Notes: generated by a model not told the origin, from the sequence alone. A DNA stretch of 64,000 nucleotides from an uncultured virus (IMG/VR IMGVR_UViG_3300025120_000026) (IMGVR_UViG_3300025120_000026), one strand, 5' to 3'. Positions 19,617-29,547 are shown, counted from the first letter of the stretch. Numbers and translations are program-made.

Positions 19617-19988
19617 ATGGTAACAGTTAAATTAGTTGAAGATGCAAGGGAATCTAAGATTTACTTAGGAGGAAAAGATTACTCTATAACAAGGCGAGGG
19701 ATTATTCCTGAAATGCCTGCTAGATTAATATATGGACTAGTAAATAATCGTGATTTAGAATTATCTTTTGAGGCTAGTGATAGAAAATCTATTTCAGATT
19801 TACCGGAACATATGTTAGAACTATTCTATACTAGATATAGCGTTTTAGATAAAAAAATGTTATTAAACAAATTATTCCCTACAAAGAGTACTAGACAAAA
19901 AGTACAGAAAGTAGTAGAAGATGTAGTATCAACTCCAGTTAAGAAAACTCCGGCTAAGAAAACTGCTAAGAAAGGAGGCAAAAAATAA
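19617..19988 (+). CDS. Hypothetical protein (123 aa) with basic K/A-rich C-terminal tail
   Basis: AAGGAG RBS; ends KKTPAKKTAKKGGKK. Confidence 0.7.
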   Translation: MVTVKLVEDARESKIYLGGKDYSITRRGIIPEMPARLIYGLVNNRDLELSFEASDRKSISDLPEHMLELFYTRYSVLDKKMLLNKLFPTKSTRQKVQKVVEDVVSTPVKKTPAKKTAKKGGKK

Positions 19989-20302
19989 TGTCTGTAACAT
20001 GTGCAACAAGTGGAGTTAAAACTACTGATGGAGTTATTTCAGCATCAAGATGTAAACTTATGAGCATTCATGTTAGTGTTACTAGTAGTAATTCAACTGC
20101 GGCATTGAGTACATTAAAACTTTTTGACAATGCAAGTGCCGCAAGTGGTACAGAAGTATCTAGAATTAATTTATTAGCCTCTAGTACTTCTCCACAGAAT
20201 ATTGAATTTGATATGCATGGAGTATTGTGTGCTAATGGGTTATTTGCTGATGTTATTGCTGACAGTAATCACGTTGTAGCATATAGTGTGGAGTTTGCGT
20301 GA
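19988..20302 (+). CDS. Small beta-sandwich virion-type protein (104 aa)
   Basis: S/T/A-rich alternating pattern; AGGAGG RBS; coupled. Confidence 0.6.
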   Translation: MSVTCATSGVKTTDGVISASRCKLMSIHVSVTSSNSTAALSTLKLFDNASAASGTEVSRINLLASSTSPQNIEFDMHGVLCANGLFADVIADSNHVVAYSVEFA

Positions 20303-20311
20303 GGCGATTAT

Positions 20312-20734
20312 ATGCCTAGCATAGACACAGACACACGACTAATAATGACAATATTATTCGTAGGTTCAGTTAGTGGAGTTAACGTTTACTTCTATACTCA
20401 ATATGGAGTAGATTTTCCTTATGGAGGATATGCTCATGGAGTACTCTTTGGTATTGTAACGATTGGGGCTATTATGATTATGAAAGCGGCCTTTGATTTA
20501 ATGATACATGATATGATTGAAGATAGATTACTTCAACGTAATATTGATAGTTACTGGTATAGAAAGGCTAGAGATGAAGAGAATCGTAAGAGGGTTAGAG
20601 AATCTATGAGAAACTTTCAACAAACATTTAGCCCAACAAATGTTTATGGAGATAATAATTTACCTACATTTGGACAGGTTAATAAGGCCGAAGAACAAAC
20701 AGTTTCACCCTCATTTTTAACAGAGTTAAGGTAG
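20312..20734 (+). CDS. Two-TM membrane protein with charged cytoplasmic helix (140 aa)
   Basis: Hydrophobic segments LIMTILFVGSVSGVNVYFY and GVLFGIVTIGAIMIM. Confidence 0.75.
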   Translation: MPSIDTDTRLIMTILFVGSVSGVNVYFYTQYGVDFPYGGYAHGVLFGIVTIGAIMIMKAAFDLMIHDMIEDRLLQRNIDSYWYRKARDEENRKRVRESMRNFQQTFSPTNVYGDNNLPTFGQVNKAEEQTVSPSFLTELR

Positions 20735-20742
20735 GAATTTAA

Positions 20743-20967
20743 ATGGTCGGAGAAATCCTAATGGGTTTTGATGAGTCTACTATGGCTTATGATTTACAAA
20801 GAGCGCACTCCGCAGACATATGGTTTATACGAGCAAGATTTTGGTTATGGGGAATAATCTCTACTGTTACATCTTTTTGTGCAGGACACTTAGTTGCTCA
20901 TATGGGTTATAATATGTATGGGTGGCTTTGGGGAGGTATGGTAAACTTTTGGAATCATCTATGGTGA
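20743..20967 (+). CDS. Small Trp-rich membrane protein (74 aa)
   Basis: FWLWGIISTVTSFCAGHLVA TM segment plus amphipathic GWLWGGMVNFWNHLW. Confidence 0.7.
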   Translation: MVGEILMGFDESTMAYDLQRAHSADIWFIRARFWLWGIISTVTSFCAGHLVAHMGYNMYGWLWGGMVNFWNHLW

Positions 20968-20971
20968 TAGC

Positions 20972-21643
20972 ATGTCTGTAATGGCAGGGTTTGCTATTCT
21001 CTTAGTTGAGGGTATGAATAGAATCTATCAAAGATTACATTCTATTCCTTTTGGTGTATATGGTGCTAGTAAAGCAGGGAAGACAACATTACATCATCAA
21101 TTAAGAACTAGAGGAGAAGTACCAACAATAGTAGAACGAACTGTTGGTACTGAACGTGCTAGTAGAAAATATGTAAAATTAGATGGTGATGCTCATACAG
21201 TTAAAACTGCGGATATTGGGGGAGAAACAGTTTTTTGGGGTGAATGGATAGAAGACATGAAAAATAGACATGTTAGATATATAATATTCATGATAGATGA
21301 CAGACATATGGATAAACATTTTGACATTGAACAACAACTATGTTGGACTTTTTTAGTAGATTCAATTTGTGCTAATTCTTGGACTGTTAATGGAAAAAAC
21401 AAAAAAAAGAAATCTAATGACTATCCAATTGCAGTAGGAATGTGGGCTAATAAATATGATTTGTGGAAAGACAAATATGATTATGATGGCCCAATAGAAA
21501 AACATCCTATCTTTGAATCATTCAAAGTAGGAATGCAAAAACTAAACGACAAAGGAATACCATGTTTTAAATATATAGTAAGTGCTAAGTCAGATTCAGA
21601 AATGGTGTATAGAGGCATATTAACAATGATAAAAGATTACTAG
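20972..21643 (+). CDS. Ras-superfamily small GTPase, Arf/Sar-like
   Basis: G1 GASKAGKT, G2 RTVGT, G3 DIGG, G4 NKYD, G5 SAK; hydrophobic/amphipathic N-terminal helix. Confidence 0.9.
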   Translation: MSVMAGFAILLVEGMNRIYQRLHSIPFGVYGASKAGKTTLHHQLRTRGEVPTIVERTVGTERASRKYVKLDGDAHTVKTADIGGETVFWGEWIEDMKNRHVRYIIFMIDDRHMDKHFDIEQQLCWTFLVDSICANSWTVNGKNKKKKSNDYPIAVGMWANKYDLWKDKYDYDGPIEKHPIFESFKVGMQKLNDKGIPCFKYIVSAKSDSEMVYRGILTMIKDY

Positions 21644-21653
21644 GTGAAAAAAA

Positions 21654-22325
21654 ATGACAATGAATTACCAACCCCCCAACTTAATAGGAGCAACAACAAC
21701 GAACGTAGGAAATCCTTTTTTGGATAGATTTACTCAAGGTAGAGCCGCAGGTGCAGTAATGCTCTATGAGTATAAAAATATAAAACCAAAAAAACAACTT
21801 AAGGAGATAACAAAAATACTAAAACCTGAAAAGAAAACTTTCCTAAAACTACCATATAAATTCAAATATAACATGAAAGATAGATGTGTAGTTTGTGGAA
21901 CTCAAAAAGTTTGGGATGCTGGAGACAACATGAGGCCACCATTACCATTACATAAAGTAAGAAAGGGCTATCCAATGAGAGGAACTTATTGTGATAAACA
22001 TGCATCTATACATAGACAGTATGAGATGTTAGAACAACAAATACTAGCCGAAGAACATGGTTTAAGTTACAGTGCATATATACCTAAGATGCCTAACTTA
22101 AATCCATTAGCATCAGGGCCGTTAACTAGTCTTAAACAGATGGATATACAATCCTTATCTTCATTAGGATGGGTAGTTAAACCTCCTCAGTCAGGTAAAG
22201 AATCTAAAGAAGAAGAATTATTTAGATTAATTATAGAAAGTAATGCTAATAATGAAAGAGTCAAAACTTTATTAACTGAAGGTGCGAAGATAGAAGTGCA
22301 AGAGCAAGTGGGGGTCGAAGAATAA
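21654..22325 (+). CDS. Hypothetical zinc-finger protein (223 aa)
   Basis: CVVC ... YCDKH metal-binding pattern; AGGTGA RBS. Confidence 0.7.
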   Translation: MTMNYQPPNLIGATTTNVGNPFLDRFTQGRAAGAVMLYEYKNIKPKKQLKEITKILKPEKKTFLKLPYKFKYNMKDRCVVCGTQKVWDAGDNMRPPLPLHKVRKGYPMRGTYCDKHASIHRQYEMLEQQILAEEHGLSYSAYIPKMPNLNPLASGPLTSLKQMDIQSLSSLGWVVKPPQSGKESKEEELFRLIIESNANNERVKTLLTEGAKIEVQEQVGVEE

Positions 22326-23035
22326 TGGGAGTTTTTGGAACAAGTAATGGGCAAATAATGTCTTCTATAAGTGCTAATAATCAAAGTCAATTTAAAACAA
22401 TGAACAATTTATTAACTCTACAAGAAAATCATGTAGAAGATTTCTTTCAATATCATGGTGAAGCATTTTTAGCGGCATTAGATAAATTAATTGAAGATGC
22501 AGTATCAAGAAGTGTTAGTAAATTATTAACTCAATTAAAATTTAATACACAAAGTAGTGGAGAAATCACATTACATTCTGACGCAATGGCATCTTTGAAT
22601 ACTATTACAGAAGAAAATATTATTTTAGATTTACAAACTTTATTGGCTACGGCAGTAAATAGTGAAGTTGTTATGCAAAGAAGAATGGCTAAGCAACAAT
22701 ATCTAGAATCTCAAGGATTTTCTAGTCCTGCACAACAGGCAATGCCATCACAACCTGCATATGGAGGAGGAGTGCCAAATCAAATGGGTATGAATCCTGC
22801 AAATATCCAAGGAAGTAATATGGGTGTAGGTATGAACAATACTATGAATCAACAAATGAATGCTATGAATAATACTTCAGGATATCCTGTACCGCCAGCA
22901 GGTTATGACCAAATGAATAATGCTTACTGGATAGACCCCGCTACAGGACAGATGACATATACACCTCCGGCAAGTGGCTTAGGATTAGGAGCGGCTATAA
23001 CTAAAGGAGTCGCTTGGGCTAAGTGGTTGGCTTAA
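22325..23035 (+). CDS. Hypothetical protein with Q/N/M/G/P low-complexity region and C-terminal amphipathic helix
   Basis: Helical N-terminal half, NQMGMNP.. region, ends GLGAAITKGVAWAKWLA. Confidence 0.75.
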   Translation: MGVFGTSNGQIMSSISANNQSQFKTMNNLLTLQENHVEDFFQYHGEAFLAALDKLIEDAVSRSVSKLLTQLKFNTQSSGEITLHSDAMASLNTITEENIILDLQTLLATAVNSEVVMQRRMAKQQYLESQGFSSPAQQAMPSQPAYGGGVPNQMGMNPANIQGSNMGVGMNNTMNQQMNAMNNTSGYPVPPAGYDQMNNAYWIDPATGQMTYTPPASGLGLGAAITKGVAWAKWLA

Positions 23036-23048
23036 GCGAGGAAGTTAA

Positions 23049-25778
23049 ATGTTAAATTCAAATACTCAAATACTTAAGTCTGATAATATAACTATACCCT
23101 TCGATTTACTTACTTATTTAACAAAAAGTACTAACTTTACAAGTAATATTATTTTTAGCCCTAAATCAGTGAGTTCAGATGTTAGTCCTTTATTGGAGCA
23201 AAATCAAATGTTCAACTGGATGGCACTCTATTCTTTTAAAGATGTTAATGCTGACAGTAGTAAAAGTAAGATGTATGCTGATAATTATTTAATGGAGTTA
23301 TTAGTATTAGATAAAGATGATTTTGCTACATTTGTTAATAGTGGTACAGTAGAGAAAAAAACAAGTCCAACTATTTTAAATAAATATTTAGAAAGTTTTA
23401 ATGATAAAAGTTGGGATAATTATAAATTAGAATTCATAAAAAAAATTGCTGAAACTCCTATTCTAGATTTATTAACAAAATTAAGCGCAGAAACGGCTGG
23501 AAATCCTCTTAATATAAAAAATGGAATAAAAAGTTTTTTACCTGAGGATTTATATTATACTTTAACTGATTTACAAGAAACAATTAATCCTACATTAGAT
23601 GATTTAGATAATATAAAAACTAAAAGATTGTTAATAAATACAACGTGGAAAACTGGTAAAAATAACCTACCTGAAAAAAGAAGAGTTACAGATGCGGCTA
23701 TAGGTATGGGAGAAGGTACTGAACGTTATAATGTTCCTAACTTAACAGATATAAAAGGTAAAAACGAAGAGTATGATTTCATATCACAATTAACTACTCA
23801 ATCTCCAATTTTGTATGATTTAATTATGGATTTCATTACAGTTGACGAAAGTAAAATTGTAGACCCAACTGAATCTGCACCACCTGAACTGATAGATGCA
23901 GAAAGTAATTATATAGTTACTTTTAACAGTGCTAAATATTTTGAAGCATTAATGGATAGGTTTGGTTTTGGTACTCTCGATGATTCACAATTAACTATTA
24001 CAAAAACTAGTGATAAAACTATTAATGAAGCAAAAAAAGACAAAAACAAACCTAGCCAACAGGGGAGGCCATTAGTATATTTAGAATTATTACATAAACC
24101 TAACTCTGATAAGAAAAATGAATATTCTTGGACACATATTAAATTCGTTAACTTTAATGAAGAAAGAGAATTTTCAAGGAACGAATTAGATAAATTAATT
24201 TTATTAACAAAAGACATACCTGTAAATGCTAAAAATAAACTTAAAGAAGAATTAGAAAAAGTTTTAACTACTCAACAAGATAATTACTATGAATTTTCAG
24301 ATTTAATATTAGATTTAACAGTTCCCGCTTCTGAAGGTATTACAGTTGGTGAATCTGAATTCCAAATCAAATTTTTTGATATGATTGATGATGAAAATGA
24401 ACTACTAAATATATTAGATAGTTTAGAAAATCCTGAAAGATATGCTGATATAGACGAAAAGGGAGAAAAAACATACCCTGATTCACCACAGTTAGATAAT
24501 GAATATGAAAAAATAAATAAAAAAATAATACCACTTCGTAAACAGATAAAAGAATTTGAAGATTTAAAAGATTTTAAATTAGATTTTGAGACAACAGAAA
24601 AACATGAATATAATTTAATTGCAAAGACAGGTAGGGAAAATTCAGAAAGACCTAGTGGTGATATTAAGATTAAAAATGAAGATTTATTTCCTTCAATACA
24701 AATTTTATTAAATGATATTCCTGAAAAGTATAAAAAATTATTAGATACATATGATGTTAAAAACAACAACACAAATGATGAATTTAAAGCATTTTATAGT
24801 AAAGAATTTTTAAAAGAGTTTGAAGAGGCAATAGTAAGAAATTTACCTACAAAAAAGGTTGCACCTAACGAATGGATTGATGATGAAACATATGATTTTT
24901 CTATTAAAATAAAAAATAATAAAGTAAAAACTAAAATACCTACTATTTTATTTGAGTATACATTAAGTTCTAATTATGATTTAAAGCCACTTGATTTATT
25001 TAAAAATATTATTGATAGTAAAAATGCTAAAGAGATGCGTTCTCAATTAGAAAGTACATTAAAAGATTTAAATTTATATATAGAAGAAATACCATCAATA
25101 AAAAAATATGAAAAAAATAAAGACCAATTAAAAATGTTAATTACAAAATTTAAAAAGATAGGTGGTAAAGATGGAAAAAGTTTTTCAGACAAATACATGT
25201 TATATGATGTACTAAACACATTAGAATCTAATCCTAAAAATCCTACTGAAGATATTAAACGAACAAAAGATGTGTTAATAGGTGCAAAAACTTCAGGAAA
25301 ACTTAGTAACTTAACAAATCAAACTGTATTCTCATTTATGGAAAAAACAGATTCTATGGATGTAACAGAAAAATATGATTATTTTAGAAGGATGGCATTT
25401 GATAAAAATTATCTAAAAGATAAAGGCCAAAAAAGTTCTTCTAGTCGATTAAGAACATCAAGAGATGAGTCTGAAACATTTATGGCAGGAGATGCTAGAA
25501 GAAGAGGAAAATCTATTTTGCCTCTTATAGAAGAAGTTAAACACACCTTTACTGCTTCACATAAAATAAGTCCTAGAACAACAGGGATTTCATATGCAAA
25601 TACTAAAGGCACAGGTCTTGTAAGAAAACCAAATGATAAAGAAGTATCAAGAAAACGTGGATACATATCTACTGTCATATCAGAGGATAAAAAACCAAGT
25701 AAAAAAAGTTTAGTTATAGAAAAAATAATAAATAGAATACAATCCAATTTTAAATATATGAAACAAAGAAGTACGTGA
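23049..25778 (+). CDS. Large hypothetical protein (909 aa)
   Basis: Long K/E/D/N-rich ORF; no motif recognised. Confidence 0.75.
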   Translation: MLNSNTQILKSDNITIPFDLLTYLTKSTNFTSNIIFSPKSVSSDVSPLLEQNQMFNWMALYSFKDVNADSSKSKMYADNYLMELLVLDKDDFATFVNSGTVEKKTSPTILNKYLESFNDKSWDNYKLEFIKKIAETPILDLLTKLSAETAGNPLNIKNGIKSFLPEDLYYTLTDLQETINPTLDDLDNIKTKRLLINTTWKTGKNNLPEKRRVTDAAIGMGEGTERYNVPNLTDIKGKNEEYDFISQLTTQSPILYDLIMDFITVDESKIVDPTESAPPELIDAESNYIVTFNSAKYFEALMDRFGFGTLDDSQLTITKTSDKTINEAKKDKNKPSQQGRPLVYLELLHKPNSDKKNEYSWTHIKFVNFNEEREFSRNELDKLILLTKDIPVNAKNKLKEELEKVLTTQQDNYYEFSDLILDLTVPASEGITVGESEFQIKFFDMIDDENELLNILDSLENPERYADIDEKGEKTYPDSPQLDNEYEKINKKIIPLRKQIKEFEDLKDFKLDFETTEKHEYNLIAKTGRENSERPSGDIKIKNEDLFPSIQILLNDIPEKYKKLLDTYDVKNNNTNDEFKAFYSKEFLKEFEEAIVRNLPTKKVAPNEWIDDETYDFSIKIKNNKVKTKIPTILFEYTLSSNYDLKPLDLFKNIIDSKNAKEMRSQLESTLKDLNLYIEEIPSIKKYEKNKDQLKMLITKFKKIGGKDGKSFSDKYMLYDVLNTLESNPKNPTEDIKRTKDVLIGAKTSGKLSNLTNQTVFSFMEKTDSMDVTEKYDYFRRMAFDKNYLKDKGQKSSSSRLRTSRDESETFMAGDARRRGKSILPLIEEVKHTFTASHKISPRTTGISYANTKGTGLVRKPNDKEVSRKRGYISTVISEDKKPSKKSLVIEKIINRIQSNFKYMKQRST

Positions 25779-25782
25779 TAAT

Positions 25783-26904
25783 ATGGCAAGACTAAGTTCC
25801 CCAAGTGATTTTACAAGTATTAATCCTAACTATTCTATAGGAAATGGATTTTATACTACTCATACAGATATTTCTAATCTATTACAAATTAGTGCATTTT
25901 CTGCAAGTACTACACCAAACCTAGTAGAGGTTGGAAAAATAATAAAAAATGTAGAGGGCCAAATAGATAATACAATTGGTATTACATATAGACCAATAAT
26001 ATACAAAGATGAGTTTTATAGTTTTACAGCATCAAGTATGGGGGCATATCCCGTACAAACATACAAAGATTATGTTGGTTTTATTCAGTTAGACCAACCT
26101 AAAATACAAAAAATAATTAGGTTAGAAGTATGGCAAGGAAATTCCTACAAAGACTTAGCATCTGCTACTGCTAAAATAAAAATGCCTTCAAATGTTACCA
26201 ATTCAGTATGGACTATAAATTTAGTAGCAGGAAGTTGGACATTTTCTATCCTCGGCGGTACATCAACCACAAAAGATTTCTATGATAACTTTGGCCCAAA
26301 AACTACTGCTAGTCAATTAGTAGATGCAATTAACGAAGTATTTCCTGCAAAAACTGCTAAGTTTACAGGGGAAAGTTCGGCTAAATCAGTAACAGCAAAT
26401 GATATTGGTTCGGTTTCAGGGGATGACATTCATATTTCAGATTTCTTTTATGCAACTGTGGATTCTGAAGATTCTAGCACAGTAGTTATATCTTCATTAT
26501 TATTAGGAGATGATGGACAAAATTGTACTATAACATCAACAAACTCAGGTAATGCTAATGTTGGTGAAGTTACAGGATTTAAAGATAATGAAAGTTCAAG
26601 TAGAACTGGAGATTTTTGGCAAATAGGAGATGAGGGAAAAATATTTTTCTTAAAGAATTATCCATATTTACAAAATCATTCTGTAAGAGTAACTTATGTT
26701 AGTGGAGATGGAAGAGTAGACTCATCTATACATGAAGCCGCTACTAAATTATCTGCGGCAAGCATTTTACTACATGATGATAACTCTATACTTATTGCTG
26801 AGACTGGTTCTAATATAGATTTAAAAACTAAACATGATATATTAATCGAACAAGCCACTAGCATTTTAGATGGTAAGAAAAAGATGATACATTTTATATC
26901 GTGA
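25783..26904 (+). CDS. Probable head-tail adaptor (neck) protein with inserted domain
   Basis: Position; N-terminal YTTHTDI..LL, central ID...G..Y and C-terminal VRVTY..G...IHEAATKL resemble adaptor proteins. Confidence 0.55.
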   Translation: MARLSSPSDFTSINPNYSIGNGFYTTHTDISNLLQISAFSASTTPNLVEVGKIIKNVEGQIDNTIGITYRPIIYKDEFYSFTASSMGAYPVQTYKDYVGFIQLDQPKIQKIIRLEVWQGNSYKDLASATAKIKMPSNVTNSVWTINLVAGSWTFSILGGTSTTKDFYDNFGPKTTASQLVDAINEVFPAKTAKFTGESSAKSVTANDIGSVSGDDIHISDFFYATVDSEDSSTVVISSLLLGDDGQNCTITSTNSGNANVGEVTGFKDNESSSRTGDFWQIGDEGKIFFLKNYPYLQNHSVRVTYVSGDGRVDSSIHEAATKLSAASILLHDDNSILIAETGSNIDLKTKHDILIEQATSILDGKKKMIHFIS

Positions 26905-26909
26905 TTAAT

Positions 26910-27113
26910 ATGGAAAAACTTTCTAAAACTATTAAAGAAGCATTAGAACTACATGTTGACCGTAATGAGTTTTTAAAAGATAGTGCATATAGCGAATTTG
27001 CTATATCAGATACTAAGATGTTAGAAGAGTTACAAGAAGTATATGCTAAAACATTAATAAAAACTATTAATAAAGTTGTTTTAGATAAAGATAGATTTAG
27101 GAAGGTTCAATAA
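26910..27113 (+). CDS. Hypothetical protein (~67 aa)
   Basis: Fills the gap in the neck region; ATG 26910 (track GTG 26901). Confidence 0.55.
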   Translation: MEKLSKTIKEALELHVDRNEFLKDSAYSEFAISDTKMLEELQEVYAKTLIKTINKVVLDKDRFRKVQ

Positions 27114-27640
27114 TGGATGAAGTTACTTTTCTTTTACGTTTATTAAGTGATAGATGGCCTTCGGCGGCAGGAGCATTAGTATCTAGTGGAGAAATTCTAG
27201 TAGCACATGGTGAAACTCCTGAGTTTGTTGATGTTCGCTCTATAGAACCAAAAAAAGGTAGAAGAATAGATGCCGATTCAAAATCAATATTAGTTGTATA
27301 TGAAGAATCTGCTTCATCTTCATATCCTACGATTGATTATGCAGTAAGAAATGAAGAATTTAGTTTTACAATACACATAAGAGTACTACATAGAAGAGAC
27401 TTTGCTACTAATACTTATTCTAGAGATAGATTGCAATCTTTATATAGAATCGCACGATATGTTTTAGAGACTAACTCTCTTAGACCAACTGTATATGTTG
27501 GCGGCGGTACATCAGGAACAATAGAAGATAGTGCAGATATAATTAAGTTAACAAGTCGAAGCGATTCAAATGACCGAGGTAAAAAACTATTAGGGTACAA
27601 ACTCTCGGTTGACATGAAACGGTTCGGCAGAAGTATATGA
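27113..27640 (+). CDS. Probable tail terminator/completion protein
   Basis: 175 aa, immediately before the tail tube gene. Confidence 0.5.
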   Translation: MDEVTFLLRLLSDRWPSAAGALVSSGEILVAHGETPEFVDVRSIEPKKGRRIDADSKSILVVYEESASSSYPTIDYAVRNEEFSFTIHIRVLHRRDFATNTYSRDRLQSLYRIARYVLETNSLRPTVYVGGGTSGTIEDSADIIKLTSRSDSNDRGKKLLGYKLSVDMKRFGRSI

Positions 27641-27651
27641 GGGAATAAAAA

Positions 27652-29460
27652 ATGACAAGTAATGAAGCATTTGTAGGCGCAGGACAATCGGTAACATTCA
27701 TACCTGAAGCCAATATTTATTTGAAAGATTGTGCTAATAATAATAGTTCCACTATTAATTCTTGGGATGGTGATGTAGTTCTCATTCCTAAATTATATAT
27801 TGGTTGTGTGGCAAAAGTAGAATTAACAGATGAAACCTTAGTTGGATACTTTACCATAGCAGATAATACTCAAACTAGTTTAATATTCAATGAAATTATA
27901 CAAACTGGTAACACCTTAACTTTAGATGTTACAATTTTAGCCTATGGTGCGCCAACTCCTTCATTAGTTACTTCTTCTGACAATACTGCTGATGGTGGTG
28001 CTATTGCTACTGTTACAATTTCAGATGGAGGTGCAAGTGGCTCTCCCGACACCTATACTAATGTTAAATTAGAAGGTACAAAAATGGGTACGGGTGCAAT
28101 TGCTACTATAACAGTAAGTAGTAGTGGTGCTATTAATGGTGTAACTATTACAACAGGTGGAGATGGATATGTATCGGGAGAAACATTACTATTAGGTAGT
28201 GCAGTATCAGGTGTGCCAACTTTAACTAGTGCTGGTACTGGTGCTGATGGTATACTTTTAGTAAACGCTATTGAAACTGATGGAACAACTTTACTAAGTG
28301 ATAGTTGGTTAGGATTAATTAATACATTTAGTCCTCCTAGTGTAGAAGTAACTCTCAATCAAATGAACTTAGCATTAGGTAATACTCGTAACTTTACTCA
28401 TCAATATAAAGGTGCAGAAACAGTTAGTGGTGCTTCTTTAGATATAAATATGAATAATGGTTCTTGGTTATACTATGCATTAGGAGGTATATCAGTTATA
28501 GAAGACGGAACTGCTTCCACTGTTGCACTTACAGATGCATTGAGTACTACTGCTACAGAATTAACATATATTAACGAAAGTACTGGTGAAATGGTTAGAA
28601 CAGTAAAAGGTGGCAGTACTAGTATAACTTCAATTTCATGTCCTCCGGTTAAAACTCCTGCTAATTTTGTAAAAAGAAATAGTGGCATTTTAACTTATAC
28701 ATTTACAGAATTAAATGGAGATTCACTTCCTTCTTTTGCTATAGATATGTCTCATGAGAAAGTATCTTCCGGTGGAAAAATAGATGCTTTAACGCCTACA
28801 GAAAATATGTGGGCTAAAGTAGCAACAGGATGTCAAGTTAATAGTCTAACCATGAATTTTAATGAGGGAGAAGAATTAAAATGTAATGTAGATTTAGTTA
28901 GTAAAACTTTATTTGATGCTCCAGCAGGTTATTTTCCTCAAAGAAATATTGATGCAGTAAGTAACTTACATAACTTTAGTTCTACTAAAGAAGATAATTA
29001 TCCATTTATGTATTCTGATGGTGGAATAAAAATATTTGGTCAAACATTTGCAAGAATAAAATCAGGTTCATTGGCTATAGCAAATAATTTAACTCCGCAT
29101 AGATATATTGGTAATTATGACCGTAGGAGTATTAGTCACCATAGTCCTGCACAGCGAACATATGATTTAAATTTTACAATGTTAATTACTGATACCCAAA
29201 TTTGGGATGAGTTAAGAGGCACAGATGAATTTGACCCAACTGGTGCATCTAATGGTGGAATTATTGAATTGAATTTTACTAAGGGAGTTGGTGCAACATT
29301 GTCTAGTATTGGATTAAAGTTTTCTGATTATATTATAGACTCAGTTAGTGTGCCTTTCCCTGATGATAAATCAGCATTAGAAGTAGAAGTTACTATGAAA
29401 GCAAGAACATTAACCGAATGTAAATATTCCGGTAAGTGGGAAATAATTAATACAAAATAA
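27652..29460 (+). CDS. Major tail tube protein with inserted G/T/S-rich beta domain
   Basis: LPSFAI..ATGCQVNSLTM and GSLAIANNL..RTYDLNFT tube-like motifs; followed by chaperone and tape measure; no sheath gene. Confidence 0.75.
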   Translation: MTSNEAFVGAGQSVTFIPEANIYLKDCANNNSSTINSWDGDVVLIPKLYIGCVAKVELTDETLVGYFTIADNTQTSLIFNEIIQTGNTLTLDVTILAYGAPTPSLVTSSDNTADGGAIATVTISDGGASGSPDTYTNVKLEGTKMGTGAIATITVSSSGAINGVTITTGGDGYVSGETLLLGSAVSGVPTLTSAGTGADGILLVNAIETDGTTLLSDSWLGLINTFSPPSVEVTLNQMNLALGNTRNFTHQYKGAETVSGASLDINMNNGSWLYYALGGISVIEDGTASTVALTDALSTTATELTYINESTGEMVRTVKGGSTSITSISCPPVKTPANFVKRNSGILTYTFTELNGDSLPSFAIDMSHEKVSSGGKIDALTPTENMWAKVATGCQVNSLTMNFNEGEELKCNVDLVSKTLFDAPAGYFPQRNIDAVSNLHNFSSTKEDNYPFMYSDGGIKIFGQTFARIKSGSLAIANNLTPHRYIGNYDRRSISHHSPAQRTYDLNFTMLITDTQIWDELRGTDEFDPTGASNGGIIELNFTKGVGATLSSIGLKFSDYIIDSVSVPFPDDKSALEVEVTMKARTLTECKYSGKWEIINTK

Positions 29461-29547
29461 GGAGGATATTCAAAAACAAAGAATATTCTAAAAGTAAATT
29501 CCACCAACATAGTTTGTTTGTTGGTATTAAAGTAGGTGGAAAAGAAA

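Noticed and set aside
27652..29460. 602-aa protein as a contractile tail sheath
   Set aside because: Motifs and the following chaperone-frameshift-tape measure order fit a tube protein with an inserted domain; no separate tube or baseplate wedge genes seen
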